NCBI GenBank assembly: GCA_043803815.1
Contig: JAZDJR010000004.1
Coordinates: 1-64,000 of the forward strand
Origin: Candidatus Micrarchaeota archaeon
GTDB lineage: Archaea > Iainarchaeota > Iainarchaeia > Iainarchaeales > JAGVWC01
Length of the DNA stretch: 64,000 nucleotides
Reading direction: 5' to 3'
Shown here: one piece after another, positions 1 to 9,566 of the stretch
How the letters are laid out: each line of letters begins with the position of its first letter
Numbering within the stretch: position 1 is the stretch's first letter
Translations under genes and position numbers: made by a program
The notes under the pieces: generated by a model
The model's database searches: none
Told to the model about the DNA's origin: nothing
The model's input: the letters and a program-made list of their open reading frames with translations, nothing else

Positions 1-185
1 CGCAAACCCCCAGCCGTTAGGCTCGGCTACGTTCATTACCCGCCAAAAACCAGCATCAAACAACGATTCGCCCAACTCTTACAAGAAACCCTTTCTTTTT
101 GGCGGTGGTTACCCACCGCCATTGTCAGGAGTCCCCAAAAAAAAGTAGGCAAACGTTCTTAATTTCCTGATTCCCACAGATAGAT

Positions 186-941
186 ATGGTTCGATTGCTG
201 GTCGGAGTTTACCATGGAAGCATTTTGCGTTCCCCTCCCCAGCAGGTTCTTGACAATGCAACCCGCATTATTGAACAAATGAAGCCCGGCGAAACTGTGG
301 GAATTGAAGCAACCCCCGAAGAACTGGAATATTACTCTTTTCTGGTGCAGGCGGGAAAATGCCGAGAACCGGAAGAATTAAAGCAACTTGTCCTGAAAAC
401 CGCGGCAATTCCAAACAAAATCATCAAGGACGAATGTGAAGGATTTGAAAAGAATCCGAATGCCTATTGGAGATTCCTAAAAATAGTGCGGGAAAATAAT
501 ATTTTCTGCCGGTTAGTGGAAACCGCCGGTCAACGCGGCATCCGCATCGTTCCATTGGAATCCGCAGCAGCCAAGAAATACGAGCAACAAACACAGAGGG
601 CTGCTGGTCGTTCTTCAAAACAACGCGCAGAACTTGAAATGCGGCATGCCTATGCCATTGGCCCCCTTCGGGAAAAGGGAATGCTAAGCCGCTTGCGACG
701 ATATAATCCGGAGGTTGCTTTTATAGGCCTTGGCCATGTCCAACACCTGCAAAAATATAACCAAGCACAATTGGATTCCCTCGGATTACGCCGGGCCAAT
801 TTGTTAAAAATTGACGCACCGGAACAGGCATCCCCCAAAGAGCGAAAGAGTGCACAAAAACTAAACCAAAAAATGAGGCAAGCGCGGAAAAAATTCATGA
901 AAAATCCCGCCCGAAGACTGCCCGGTTCTTTCCGAAAATAA
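186..941 (+). CDS. Hypothetical protein, possible TIKI/TraB/EreA-ChaN-like fold, basic C-terminus
   Basis: 251-aa ORF with GVYHG, VGIE, RE..M and FIGLGH motifs in the order seen in TraB/ChaN-like proteins. Confidence 0.55.
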   Translation: MVRLLVGVYHGSILRSPPQQVLDNATRIIEQMKPGETVGIEATPEELEYYSFLVQAGKCREPEELKQLVLKTAAIPNKIIKDECEGFEKNPNAYWRFLKIVRENNIFCRLVETAGQRGIRIVPLESAAAKKYEQQTQRAAGRSSKQRAELEMRHAYAIGPLREKGMLSRLRRYNPEVAFIGLGHVQHLQKYNQAQLDSLGLRRANLLKIDAPEQASPKERKSAQKLNQKMRQARKKFMKNPARRLPGSFRK

Positions 942-986
942 GCCGAAAGACCAAACGAATAAAAACAGCCGATTCGTATTCTGTGC

Positions 987-2063
987 ATGCGAAGCAAAAT
1001 CCGCGAATTGTTCGACAAAACCGGAATCGACATCGCGTTAATCCGGAGTTTTCCAAACGCCTCCGACCCCAACTTTGCCTATTTTTCGGGCCTCTCGCAA
1101 AAACACTACAACGAAAACCTGATGCTATTGGAACGAGGAAAAAAACCGCTGGTATTTTGCAGCCCGCTTGAATTCGACAGCGCGAAAAAAAACAGGCAAA
1201 TCCGGGCGGTTTTGCTCAAAACGAGAAAATTGTTCGAAACAACGGTCCAAAAAAAAATCAGGCGCAAAAAAGCCGGAATTAACTTCGAATATTATCCCAA
1301 CCTCAATCTGAAAATGCTCCGCAAATTCAAACCCAAAAAGATTATCAATATCGGAAAAGCCCTGGCCGAACTGAGGGAAACCAAAACCCCAAGCGAATTG
1401 TCCAAAATCAAAAAAGCCTGCCAAATAACCGAAAAAACGCTTTCCCAAATCCCAAAAATCGTCAAAATCGGAATGACCGAAGAAAAACTCGCGTTTGAAC
1501 TGGAAATTTTAAGCCGAAAACTGGGAGCCGAAGAACTGGCTTTTCCCACCATTGTCGCATTCGGAAAAAACGCGGCCACTCCCCACCACGAAAGCGGTCC
1601 AACCAAAATCCAAAAAGGAAATTTTTTGCTGGTCGATTTCGGGGTAAAATACCAAAACTATTGTTCCGACGTTTCACGGACATTTTTTGTCGGAAAGCCG
1701 ACTGCGAAACAGAACTGGGCTTACTGGGTAGTTCGGCAAGCCCAGCAAAAAGCGTTCCAAACGATTTTACCCGAAAAAAAAGCGGTTGAACCCTTCACAA
1801 TCGCGGACCGATTGTTATTTTCACAGTTTAAACAGCACCTGCCCCACGCATTAGGCCACGGATTGGGAATCAAAGAGCACGACTATCCGGCCCGAATGGG
1901 ACCTAATGAAAACTGGAAGTTCAAAGCAGGCCAAGTGCTAACATTGGAACCCGGAATCTACCTCAAAAACCGCTTTGGCATCCGAATCGAAGATGATGTC
2001 CTAGTCACCAAGACCAAATGCCATTGGCTGACCAAAAGCCCCGCAAAATTGGTTCAAATCTAA
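987..2063 (+). CDS. Xaa-Pro aminopeptidase/dipeptidase (M24B)
   Basis: PHH, DFG..Y.SD.SRTF, HALGHGLGI..HD, LEPGIY and GIRIEDD motifs. Confidence 0.93.
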   Translation: MRSKIRELFDKTGIDIALIRSFPNASDPNFAYFSGLSQKHYNENLMLLERGKKPLVFCSPLEFDSAKKNRQIRAVLLKTRKLFETTVQKKIRRKKAGINFEYYPNLNLKMLRKFKPKKIINIGKALAELRETKTPSELSKIKKACQITEKTLSQIPKIVKIGMTEEKLAFELEILSRKLGAEELAFPTIVAFGKNAATPHHESGPTKIQKGNFLLVDFGVKYQNYCSDVSRTFFVGKPTAKQNWAYWVVRQAQQKAFQTILPEKKAVEPFTIADRLLFSQFKQHLPHALGHGLGIKEHDYPARMGPNENWKFKAGQVLTLEPGIYLKNRFGIRIEDDVLVTKTKCHWLTKSPAKLVQI

Positions 2064-2248
2064 TCCAACACCATTCAAACGCTAATTTTCGGGTTATGTA
2101 AAACTCGAAAAATTGAAAAAGCCAAAATACGCTCTCGATTTTTGTTATGTTGAAGTCTGTTTTTGAAATGAGGGTGTTTTAGTAAGCTTAAAAAAGAGAA
2201 AAGGCAAGTATATGTCAGTCCGATTTTTAATAAAAAAAAGGTGAAATC

Positions 2249-2497
2249 ATGCGGTTTTCATTCGAAGGAAAATATTCCCAAAACAATCCCAAGTACGGAG
2301 CCAAGCCCGGGCCAACGGGATATGACAGCAAGTTCGGCATCAGAAAAAACCGGCGCTGCCTGTGCTGCTCCAAAGAAATCACCGACGACGGCTCGCTTGC
2401 ATTTTTGCGCGGATTTTGCACGGACAAATGCATGAACAGTTATCTGGATAATGTCCAAACCGCTTCGAAAAATAATCTGGAGGAAGAATTAATATGA
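2249..2497 (+). CDS. Small Cys-rich, probable Zn-binding protein
   Basis: CLCC...FCTDKC; GGTGA RBS upstream; overlaps the next start codon. Confidence 0.6.
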   Translation: MRFSFEGKYSQNNPKYGAKPGPTGYDSKFGIRKNRRCLCCSKEITDDGSLAFLRGFCTDKCMNSYLDNVQTASKNNLEEELI

Positions 2498-2874
2498 GCC
2501 CGCAAATGGAATCCATGGTTTGGACCAAAAAAGCAAGCAAGCAAACCATGACTTTGCAGTTCGATGAAGGCGACGACATTTTAGGCGGAATCGAATCCGG
2601 CATGAAAGAACACGGAGTCGGCGAAGCAAGCATCATGGACTGCAAAGGCCACATCAAAAGCGGAATCGGAAATTATTTAGTCGGAAATTCTTTGATGACC
2701 AAAAATTTTGACAACACGCTCGTGCAAAACTTTACCGGCTACTTCAAATGCGGAAAAGGCGGATTATTCGGCGTCCTCAAAATCATTCCAAACGACCTGG
2801 ACTCGCACGTAACCATTGCCAAAGCAAAAGCCGCATCCGATTTTGAAGTCAAACTATCCTACTATACATTTTAA
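2494..2874 (+). CDS. PPC/DUF296-like domain protein
   Basis: N-terminus LQFDEGDDILGGIE resembles the PPC domain; translationally coupled to the upstream ORF. Confidence 0.55.
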   Translation: MSPQMESMVWTKKASKQTMTLQFDEGDDILGGIESGMKEHGVGEASIMDCKGHIKSGIGNYLVGNSLMTKNFDNTLVQNFTGYFKCGKGGLFGVLKIIPNDLDSHVTIAKAKAASDFEVKLSYYTF

Positions 2875-2990
2875 CCCTTTTTTTGTCCACCCCAATCCAC
2901 CGCTATTTTTTCCTTTTTTTCGAATTTCGGCCCAAAAACCGGTCGAATCACCTTAAAAAAACATTTACCAACAAAACCAAAGGCATAAAA

Positions 2991-3749
2991 ATGGAATTAA
3001 TTTCCGTCAAACAACGAATCGAAGCGGCCCTGCATGCCAAGCACCTCACCAATATTGTGGGAGAGTGCTATGTCGAGTACTGGGGGCGCGCGGCTTCAAA
3101 ACTTCCCCGCGGAAAAAGGCTTCTTATGCTCAAAGGCGACGGTTCGGTCGCGATTCACCAAAACCGCCTGCTTCGGCCGACCAATTACATGATGAACGCC
3201 TCAATCGGCTGCGAATTATTGGACAATACTTTGGTTATTACCGCCAAAAAACTCAAGCCCAAAGAAAGCCTCAAAACGATTTTTTATTCCGTGGACGACA
3301 TTCAGGCCTATGAAATGAGCGAAAACACGGACATCCGATTGTTTGGAAGCGAAAAACAATTATCCGATGAACTCATGCAAGACCTGTCTTTTTTAGAACC
3401 CGGTTTGAAACCGCTAAATCAGGAGGACGTGCTTCGAAAAGGGCTTGTGGATATTTTGGCGGAAGACTCCAAAAAAAGGCTTGTGGTAATCGAACTCAAG
3501 CGCAGACAAGCGGACTTTAACGCGGTCCAGCAGTTAAAGCGCTACATGGACCAGGTCAAAAACATGAAAAACAAGGAAACCCGCGGAATCCTGATTGCCC
3601 CCGACATCCGAAAAAACGCGCACGAATTATTGGAACGCTACGGCCTCGAATTTTTCCATCTTGATTTTGAAATCGGAAACCCCAAAGCCAAAATCAAGGG
3701 ACTGCAAAAAAAACAGCAGACGCTTTTCGAAGCGCTGGACGGGCATTAA
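2991..3749 (+). CDS. nucS: Endonuclease NucS/EndoMS
   Basis: VEYWGRAAS.L, K.DGSV.IH, VDILA.D...VVIELKR and QL.RY motifs; C-terminal PIP-like QQTLF; start placed at ATG 2991. Confidence 0.93.
   Translation: MELISVKQRIEAALHAKHLTNIVGECYVEYWGRAASKLPRGKRLLMLKGDGSVAIHQNRLLRPTNYMMNASIGCELLDNTLVITAKKLKPKESLKTIFYSVDDIQAYEMSENTDIRLFGSEKQLSDELMQDLSFLEPGLKPLNQEDVLRKGLVDILAEDSKKRLVVIELKRRQADFNAVQQLKRYMDQVKNMKNKETRGILIAPDIRKNAHELLERYGLEFFHLDFEIGNPKAKIKGLQKKQQTLFEALDGH
3701..3739 (+). repeat. nucS 3'-end direct repeat, copy 1 (inside the gene)
   Basis: actgcaaaaaaaacagcagacgcttttcgaagcgctgga matches 4290-4326. Confidence 0.8.
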
Positions 3750-3812
3750 GCAGAAAACCGCAGAAGCGTTCGGATTAAAAACTCCAATAAACCATAAATA
3801 CTATGTGATACT

Positions 3813-4025
3813 ATGGCTCAATGCATGACCGTGGCGATTCCGCACAAAACAATTTTAGAAGCCAAAAAACTGCGCGACGAACTCGATTCCTTGATTGAAA
3901 CAGCGGAAATCCTGAACAACCGATTGCTGACACACAGCATCCGAAAAAGCGAGGAAGACGTGCGAAGCGGCCAAATAATCCGAATTCAGTCCGAAAAAGA
4001 GTTGAATAACTATTTCAAAAGGTAG
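3813..4025 (+). CDS. Type II antitoxin (partner of RelE)
   Basis: 70 aa; ETAEIL...SIRKSEED typical of antitoxin C-termini; directly upstream of a RelE-like gene. Confidence 0.7.
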   Translation: MAQCMTVAIPHKTILEAKKLRDELDSLIETAEILNNRLLTHSIRKSEEDVRSGQIIRIQSEKELNNYFKR

Positions 4026-4030
4026 TTTTC

Positions 4031-4276
4031 TTGGAAGCCATTTTTTCCGACGAGTTCTCCAGGCAAAAACAAAAAATCAGGGACTCTGGAACGCTTCGAA
4101 AACTCCAAAAAGCCGTTGAAAGCATCTTGGCGAACCCTGAAAAGGGAAAATGGCTCAGCCGCGAACTTGCAGGCAAAAAAAGCATCCGAATCAAGCCATT
4201 CCGCCTGATTTTCGAACCCAAAGAAAACAGCATTATTTTTCATACCTTCGAGCACAGGGGAAAAGTTTACCGGTAA
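4031..4276 (+). CDS. RelE/ParE family toxin
   Basis: NPEKGK.L...L.G.KSIRI.PFRLIF...HRGKVY. Confidence 0.88.
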   Translation: MEAIFSDEFSRQKQKIRDSGTLRKLQKAVESILANPEKGKWLSRELAGKKSIRIKPFRLIFEPKENSIIFHTFEHRGKVYR

Positions 4277-4289
4277 AACCAAGTTTTTG

Positions 4290-4333
4290 ACTCCAAAAAA
4301 CAGCAAACGATTTTCGAAGCGCTGGAAAAATAA
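4290..4333 (+). repeat. Displaced, diverged copy of the nucS 3' end (KQQTIFEALEK*)
   Basis: 16-nt perfect core ttttcgaagcgctgga; other differences synonymous or conservative; has its own stop codon. Confidence 0.8.
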
Positions 4334-4401
4334 CGGCCGCTACTTTTGGCGTTGGAACCCAATAAGCTTTTATTTTAGGACCGCCAACTGCTTGTGAAAT
4401 C

Positions 4402-4692
4402 ATGGGCGCACGAATCCAAAAAATAAGAAAACGAATCCAAGAAGCGGATGTTCCGAACTGGATGCGCCGCGGACCCCGAATAAATCCGTGGAACCGAAGA
4501 AAAGCACAGCGACGACAAAAGCAAACGGTTCCGGAAACACAAGCCACGACGGACTTTTCCACACCCATATCGCGGATTGTTCACAACCCAGTTTATACCA
4601 CAATCGGAAGCGCAGAACCGTCCAAACCGGACCGACGTCAGTATAAATGGTTCTTGAACAAAAAAATTCCCGTCGAGCGAAGAAAAAAATAG
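4402..4692 (+). CDS. Hypothetical basic protein
   Basis: 96-aa R/K-rich ORF filling the gap before the convergent lysA-like gene. Confidence 0.5.
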   Translation: MGARIQKIRKRIQEADVPNWMRRGPRINPWNRRKAQRRQKQTVPETQATTDFSTPISRIVHNPVYTTIGSAEPSKPDRRQYKWFLNKKIPVERRKK

Positions 4693-4698
4693 AACCGG

Positions 4699-6195
4699 TT
4701 ACTTGGATTTCTTTTTGAACGCTTTTTTTGCCCGCTTGGTTTTGGCGCCGCTTTTTTTAGCCTTGCTTAATTTGAAATTGGCGTGTCCGTTCCCGTTTTT
4801 TCCGTTTTGGTTCTTTGAGCCGCGCCAGATGCGGTCGATGTTGACGCGGTGCATGTTGTAGTACCGCATGAGTTCCGCGGGATCGGCAACCTTTAAGACA
4901 TCGAGTTCGGGAGCAAACATTTCCGAGTAACGGTCGCGGCGGCGGATTAATTTCAAATTCTGGTTTTCCTGCAGCATCACAACCGGCGCTTTCTTGAGAG
5001 TATTAAAGTTCGTGGAAAGCACCTGGCTGTATGCTCCGCAGTCCATGACCGCAATCAAATCCCCCGTCTCGATTTTGGGAAAAGACAATTGTTTGGCCAT
5101 AATGTCGATGCAGTCGCACGTGCTTCCCGCCAATGTGTATTTTTTGATGCGCGGCTTGTTCATCTTGGTGGCGGGCAAAAAATCGTAGGTTTCCTTGTAA
5201 ATCAAAACATCGGGCAAAAACGCGTACGTGCTCGCATCCGAAATCAACAGTTCGGTTCCGGAAAGCGTCTTTTGGCTGATGATTTTGAACAATCCAATCC
5301 CCGCGTTTCCGACGATGAATTTTCCGGGTTCAAAAATTAAAGTCGGCAATGGCAGTCCGAGTTTTCGGCAGGTGCGTTCGAAAAAAACCGAGAACTCTTC
5401 CCCGAAATCCTCGGGCTCGAACACGACGTTGTCCGAAATCGCGATGGGAAAGCCCCCGCCCAAATCGATGTTTTTGATGATTTTGCCGTTTTGCATGGCA
5501 TACTGGGAAAGCTTAAGCAGCTTTTCGGCGGCCAAAAAATAACTCTTGGAGGTCTCGGCGTACGAACCGTGAAAATGCAGGCCAATCGGGTCCAAATACT
5601 TGGCTTTGATTGCAAAATCGATGGATTTTTTAGCCTGCTTAAGCGGAATGCCGTAATTGTGGTGCTTGGTGGAATAAGTTCCGATTTCGATTTCGGGATT
5701 GATGCGCAAAAAAATCTTCATCTTTATTCCGATGCGTTCGCCAATCGTGTTCATGCGCTCGAGTTCTTCAAACGAGTCCGCGGTAATCGCGAATACCCCG
5801 AGCTGTGCGGCAAACGCGATGTCGTTGTCCGACTTGTACAAATTCGTGAACGTAATCTGTTCGGGAGTAAAATCCGCCAAGAGCGCCAGAATGATTTCGC
5901 CGACCGAAGAAGCATCCAGTTCATATCCCTCTTCGCGGCACACCCGCAAAATCTCGAGGTTTGAGTTGCACTTTCCCGCGTACTGCAGGCGAAGCTTGGG
6001 ATACGAAAACGAGTTCCACATGCGGTTTAAGCGGTTTCGGATTTCGCGCTCCACCAGAACATACACCGGCGTGCCGAACTTGGAGGCGATTTTTTCGGCT
6101 TCAATGCCGTCGATTTCGAGTTCGCCTTTTCGGTTGGCTCGGACAAACGGCCAGCGAGACCTCAAATACCGCCCGGAATCAGGTTTAGAAGTCAT
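4699..6195 (-). CDS. lysA: Group IV PLP-dependent decarboxylase (diaminopimelate decarboxylase-like)
   Basis: FGTP.YV, YAGKCN, LHFHGS, DLGGGF, EPGK, GSTCD..D and GAY motifs; substrate uncertain. Confidence 0.8.
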   Translation of the reverse strand: MTSKPDSGRYLRSRWPFVRANRKGELEIDGIEAEKIASKFGTPVYVLVEREIRNRLNRMWNSFSYPKLRLQYAGKCNSNLEILRVCREEGYELDASSVGEIILALLADFTPEQITFTNLYKSDNDIAFAAQLGVFAITADSFEELERMNTIGERIGIKMKIFLRINPEIEIGTYSTKHHNYGIPLKQAKKSIDFAIKAKYLDPIGLHFHGSYAETSKSYFLAAEKLLKLSQYAMQNGKIIKNIDLGGGFPIAISDNVVFEPEDFGEEFSVFFERTCRKLGLPLPTLIFEPGKFIVGNAGIGLFKIISQKTLSGTELLISDASTYAFLPDVLIYKETYDFLPATKMNKPRIKKYTLAGSTCDCIDIMAKQLSFPKIETGDLIAVMDCGAYSQVLSTNFNTLKKAPVVMLQENQNLKLIRRRDRYSEMFAPELDVLKVADPAELMRYYNMHRVNIDRIWRGSKNQNGKNGNGHANFKLSKAKKSGAKTKRAKKAFKKKSK

Positions 6196-6650
6196 TTTTC
6201 AGATTCACTTTCGTACGATTTGGTTTAGCAGCCGTTGAACAAGAATGCCTGCATAACTAACGATAAACGAATTTAAAAAAGATGCCCCAAACGAAAAGCC
6301 AAACGGTTTTGAGTGGCAATCCACCCTGCTACCAAACCTTCTTTTTCCCCCAAAGCCACCTTGTTGCGGATGAACACAATCCAAAAACTGGAACTTTTCG
6401 GAGGCAATACCCAATGGAACAACTGCTCCCCCTCTTCACAGAATCAAGCTCCAAAAAACAATGATAGCCGCATTAGCGCTCCCTATCCGGCTGGAGTTTA
6501 CCGGAGCTCTACTACAAACAAGCAAAGGCTTTTCAATACGCGGCTGGCCGAATTCTTTTTCAGCCAAACCCCTGCAAAACCGAAACCAAACCCGTCTCCA
6601 AAAAAACCAGTCGGGTTCAAGCCCAAAAACGCGGAGTAAACAAAAGAAGA

Positions 6651-7244
6651 TTAATGCCAAATGGGACTTTGGGATTTTAGCCCTCTTCTGTGTAAAGCGT
6701 CCGCTCCCCATTTTTTCCTTCGTATTTCGTCCAACTTTTGCGAGGCAACCGCCACACGCGCGGTAACAGCCGCCCGTCTTTTTCGCTGTAGTTCGGTTTG
6801 TCTGTGCGACTCAATTGCTGCGCGCAAAGCCTTTGCATCCCTCCACAAAATCCATTTTCCCAGCCGCTTGTCGTTTAGCCGGGAAAAAAGGGTGCGATAC
6901 TGCCGTGCGTCGTAATATTCCAGTCCAAAAATATTTTTTGGATTAACCGGATTTTTTTTAATAATCTGTGCCAATTCCAGCGTTGCAATTTGGGATAAGC
7001 GAAGTTTTTGGCTAAGCTCTTCAAGAGTGAGCAAAGAATTTTCCCGACGCTGGTCCCTCAAGGCAATGGCCTGCCGCAAGGCAAATTCAAAGGACCAGTC
7101 CTGATGGTGAATGAAAGCAAATGCAACGAACGCATTGAACGCCCGTACATCCAAGGATTTTCCGGTTTGTTCCAAGGCGCGTTGCAGCCTGTCCCGCACT
7201 TCCAATAATTCTTGCGGTGATTTTCCAGATTTTCCCCTAAACAT
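6651..7244 (-). CDS. Hypothetical protein
   Basis: 197-aa ORF directly downstream of eno. Confidence 0.6.
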   Translation of the reverse strand: MFRGKSGKSPQELLEVRDRLQRALEQTGKSLDVRAFNAFVAFAFIHHQDWSFEFALRQAIALRDQRRENSLLTLEELSQKLRLSQIATLELAQIIKKNPVNPKNIFGLEYYDARQYRTLFSRLNDKRLGKWILWRDAKALRAAIESHRQTELQRKRRAAVTARVAVASQKLDEIRRKKWGADALHRRGLKSQSPIWH

Positions 7245-7268
7245 GTTCAGAAAACCCTTTTCAGATTA

Positions 7269-8516
7269 TTATAGCTTTGCGAACCGCGCTTTTTTTCCTA
7301 GTTCTTCCTCAATCTGCAGCAAACGGTTGTACTTGGCAATCCGCTCTCCCCTATCGGGAGCGCCGAACTTGCACTGGCCAAAGCCGAGTCCAACGACCAG
7401 GTCCGCAATAAAAGAATCGTTCGTTTCGCCGCTGCGATGCGAAACCATTACCTTCCAGCCCGCCTTTTTAGCAAGCAAAGCGGCTTCAATGGATTCGGAA
7501 ACGGTTCCAATCTGATTGGGTTTCAAAAGAAGGGAATTGCAGGAACCCAAGCGAATTCCTTGCGTAATCCTCGCCGGATTGGTTACCAACAAATCATCCC
7601 CAATAATCTGGATTTTTTTGCCCATTTTTTTTGTGAAAAAGCGCCAAGCATCCCAATCGTCTTGTGCAAACCCGTCCTCGATTGAAACCAAGTGGAACGA
7701 TTTCACAAGGCGGACGTAATAATCCGACAATTGACCCGCAGAAAAAGCCTTTTTGCCCAAAAAATATTTTTTTTTCTTTGAATTGTAAAACTCGGTTGCC
7801 GCACAGTCAATAGCAAAGGCGAATTTCTTGGAAAACCCCGCGTTTTCAACGGCTTCTTCAAGAAGTTCCAATCGCTGTTCAACGGTTTTGGCCTGATGCG
7901 GAACAAAACCGCCTTCGTCCCCGACCAACGTGGCGCTTGCACCCCACTTTTTGTGCAGCAAAGCGCGCAAGGAATGAAACACGGCCGTACTAGCTCCCAA
8001 AGCCGCGGAAAAAGAACGGAACCCGACCGGAACAATCATGGCTTCCTGCACGTCGTTTTTCAAATCCGCATGCTTTCCGCCGTTCAAAACATTAAGAAAA
8101 GGAACCGGAAGCAATAATTTTTTGTTTCCCGAAAGTTCCGCCAAAAAAGAATACAATTCCTTTTTTTTTGAAGCCGCATTCGCGCGACAGCCCGCTATCG
8201 AAACCGACAAAATCGCGTTCGCGCCAAGATTCGACTTGTTTTCGGAAGAATCAAGTGCAACCAAAAAAGAATCCAGTTCGTTTTGCGAGGCAAGGTTTTT
8301 TCCCGCCAGTTTTGGCGCGATTTTTTTGTTCACGCTCTTAACCGCCGCTTGGGCCGAAAGTTCGACTGCTTCCCCGCTTCCCCGCGAACCCCCTTTCGGC
8401 GCGCTTCCGGTAAAAGTTCCCAAAGAAGTATGGATAGAAGTCTCGACCGTGAAATCGCTTCGGCTGTCCAAAATTTTTCTGGCTTTTACGCTTTGGATGC
8501 GGTTAAGGACTTTCAT
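7269..8516 (-). CDS. eno: Enolase
   Basis: ILDSR, GANAIL.VS, NGGKHA, VGDEGGF, LLKPNQIG and SHRSGET motifs. Confidence 0.97.
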   Translation of the reverse strand: MKVLNRIQSVKARKILDSRSDFTVETSIHTSLGTFTGSAPKGGSRGSGEAVELSAQAAVKSVNKKIAPKLAGKNLASQNELDSFLVALDSSENKSNLGANAILSVSIAGCRANAASKKKELYSFLAELSGNKKLLLPVPFLNVLNGGKHADLKNDVQEAMIVPVGFRSFSAALGASTAVFHSLRALLHKKWGASATLVGDEGGFVPHQAKTVEQRLELLEEAVENAGFSKKFAFAIDCAATEFYNSKKKKYFLGKKAFSAGQLSDYYVRLVKSFHLVSIEDGFAQDDWDAWRFFTKKMGKKIQIIGDDLLVTNPARITQGIRLGSCNSLLLKPNQIGTVSESIEAALLAKKAGWKVMVSHRSGETNDSFIADLVVGLGFGQCKFGAPDRGERIAKYNRLLQIEEELGKKARFAKL

Positions 8517-9243
8517 TTTGCTTTTCCTGTTCGGTTTTTTTCCTGTTTCCCGGAATCAATTTGATGCTGTCGGTCTTGAGCAATTGCTGTTCCAGCCACT
8601 TTTGGATAAATTTGGTAAGTTCAGAATAATCGACGGGGGAAAATTTTCCAAGCAAAAGCTTTTGGATGTCTTTCCAGTTGCGGTTGATATAAATAAGCCC
8701 GGAAACCGTATTTTCGGTTTTTTCTCCGCGCAACGAAACCGAATCCTTAATCAGGGCAACATCGATTTTGGAGTAGCGCGAAGTATAAAACGCGGCAAAC
8801 AACAAATCGTTTCCGACATATACCATTTTTTCCTTTGGAACCGAATACCGCTCGCTGACTTCATCGATTGCGATTTGCTTGAAATACTCGTCCTTAAACT
8901 CGGGATTCGCTTTGACATTTTTTTGGTACAAGTCCAAATCCATTTTCGATTTGGAATCCAGATAAGACTGGTCAACCGAAAAAATCTTTTTGGAATCAAA
9001 AAAACCGGCCAGTTTTGTTTTCGCGACCTTGGCATCGAACTTTTCCTTGGGAAGGCCCGTGAGCAGGCCGAAATGAAAATTCGGGTCTTTTTTTTCCAAT
9101 TCGCTTAAGTTTTTTAAAATTTCCAAAACCGGCTTTTCATTAAACGCACCGCTGGCTCCGTTGGGAACCAGCACATCCTCAAAACCGAACAAAATGCACG
9201 TTTTTTTGAGCTTTTTTGAATCCAAACCGGCGACTGTAACCAT
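8503..9243 (-). CDS. HAD-like protein with degenerate motif I
   Basis: ILFGFEDVL replaces DxD; GLLTG and YVGND motifs present. Confidence 0.6.
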   Translation of the reverse strand: MVTVAGLDSKKLKKTCILFGFEDVLVPNGASGAFNEKPVLEILKNLSELEKKDPNFHFGLLTGLPKEKFDAKVAKTKLAGFFDSKKIFSVDQSYLDSKSKMDLDLYQKNVKANPEFKDEYFKQIAIDEVSERYSVPKEKMVYVGNDLLFAAFYTSRYSKIDVALIKDSVSLRGEKTENTVSGLIYINRNWKDIQKLLLGKFSPVDYSELTKFIQKWLEQQLLKTDSIKLIPGNRKKTEQEKQNESP

Positions 9244-9310
9244 GCAAAACCGCTATTTTTGAAAGCCAAAACAAATTTAAACCACAGTTTCCTAATACTC
9301 TTCGATTCAA

Positions 9311-9460
9311 ATGGGCGACCAGCACGGACTCGGAATGCTATTCATTGGAGTAGCCATCGGAGTCATTATTCCCAACCTGCCCGCACCTCTCCAAATTCTC
9401 CAGCCCTTTGTCTGGCTCATCTTTTTCGTCATCGGCGTAGTGCTCCTCGTCAAAGGTTAA
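9311..9460 (+). CDS. Small membrane protein (49 aa, absent from ORF track)
   Basis: MGDQHGLGMLFIGVAIGVIIPNLPAPLQILQPFVWLIFFVIGVVLLVKG*; TTTAAA box upstream. Confidence 0.65.
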   Translation: MGDQHGLGMLFIGVAIGVIIPNLPAPLQILQPFVWLIFFVIGVVLLVKG

Positions 9461-9505
9461 ACCCAAAACAGCCGCGAAGCGCGGGGATGCGGACGGTTCA
9501 AAATC
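9461..9505 (+). repeat. Junction motif copy 1
   Basis: acccaaaaCAGC-cgcGAAgcg-CG-gggatg-CGGAC-ggtt, immediately after a stop codon. Confidence 0.8.
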
Positions 9506-9506
9506 A

Positions 9507-9566
9507 GAATTATTGCAGGATGCCAAAAAGGTGGTTGAATGGTCCAAAACCAAAATCTCAAAATAA
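9507..9566 (+). pseudogene. HEPN toxin C-terminal stub
   Basis: ELLQDAKKVVEWSKTKISK* resembles the end of the HEPN at 47569-47958 (ANRVVEWVKSRIK) and overlaps the MNT start in the same way. Confidence 0.6.

Noticed and set aside
2075-2155. Two TTATGT(A/T)(A/G)A half-sites resembling XerD arms of a dif site
   Set aside because: The spacer to the nearest TAA is 8 nt rather than 6 and the left arms do not match.
3750-3780. Possible junction-motif copy after nucS (aaaaccgcagaagcgttcggatt)
   Set aside because: Too degenerate; lacks CAGC and the CG-N6 spacing.
6282-6639. Short overlapping ORFs in the gap between lysA and the ORFan
   Set aside because: No recognisable motif; could be a decayed gene but cannot be supported.
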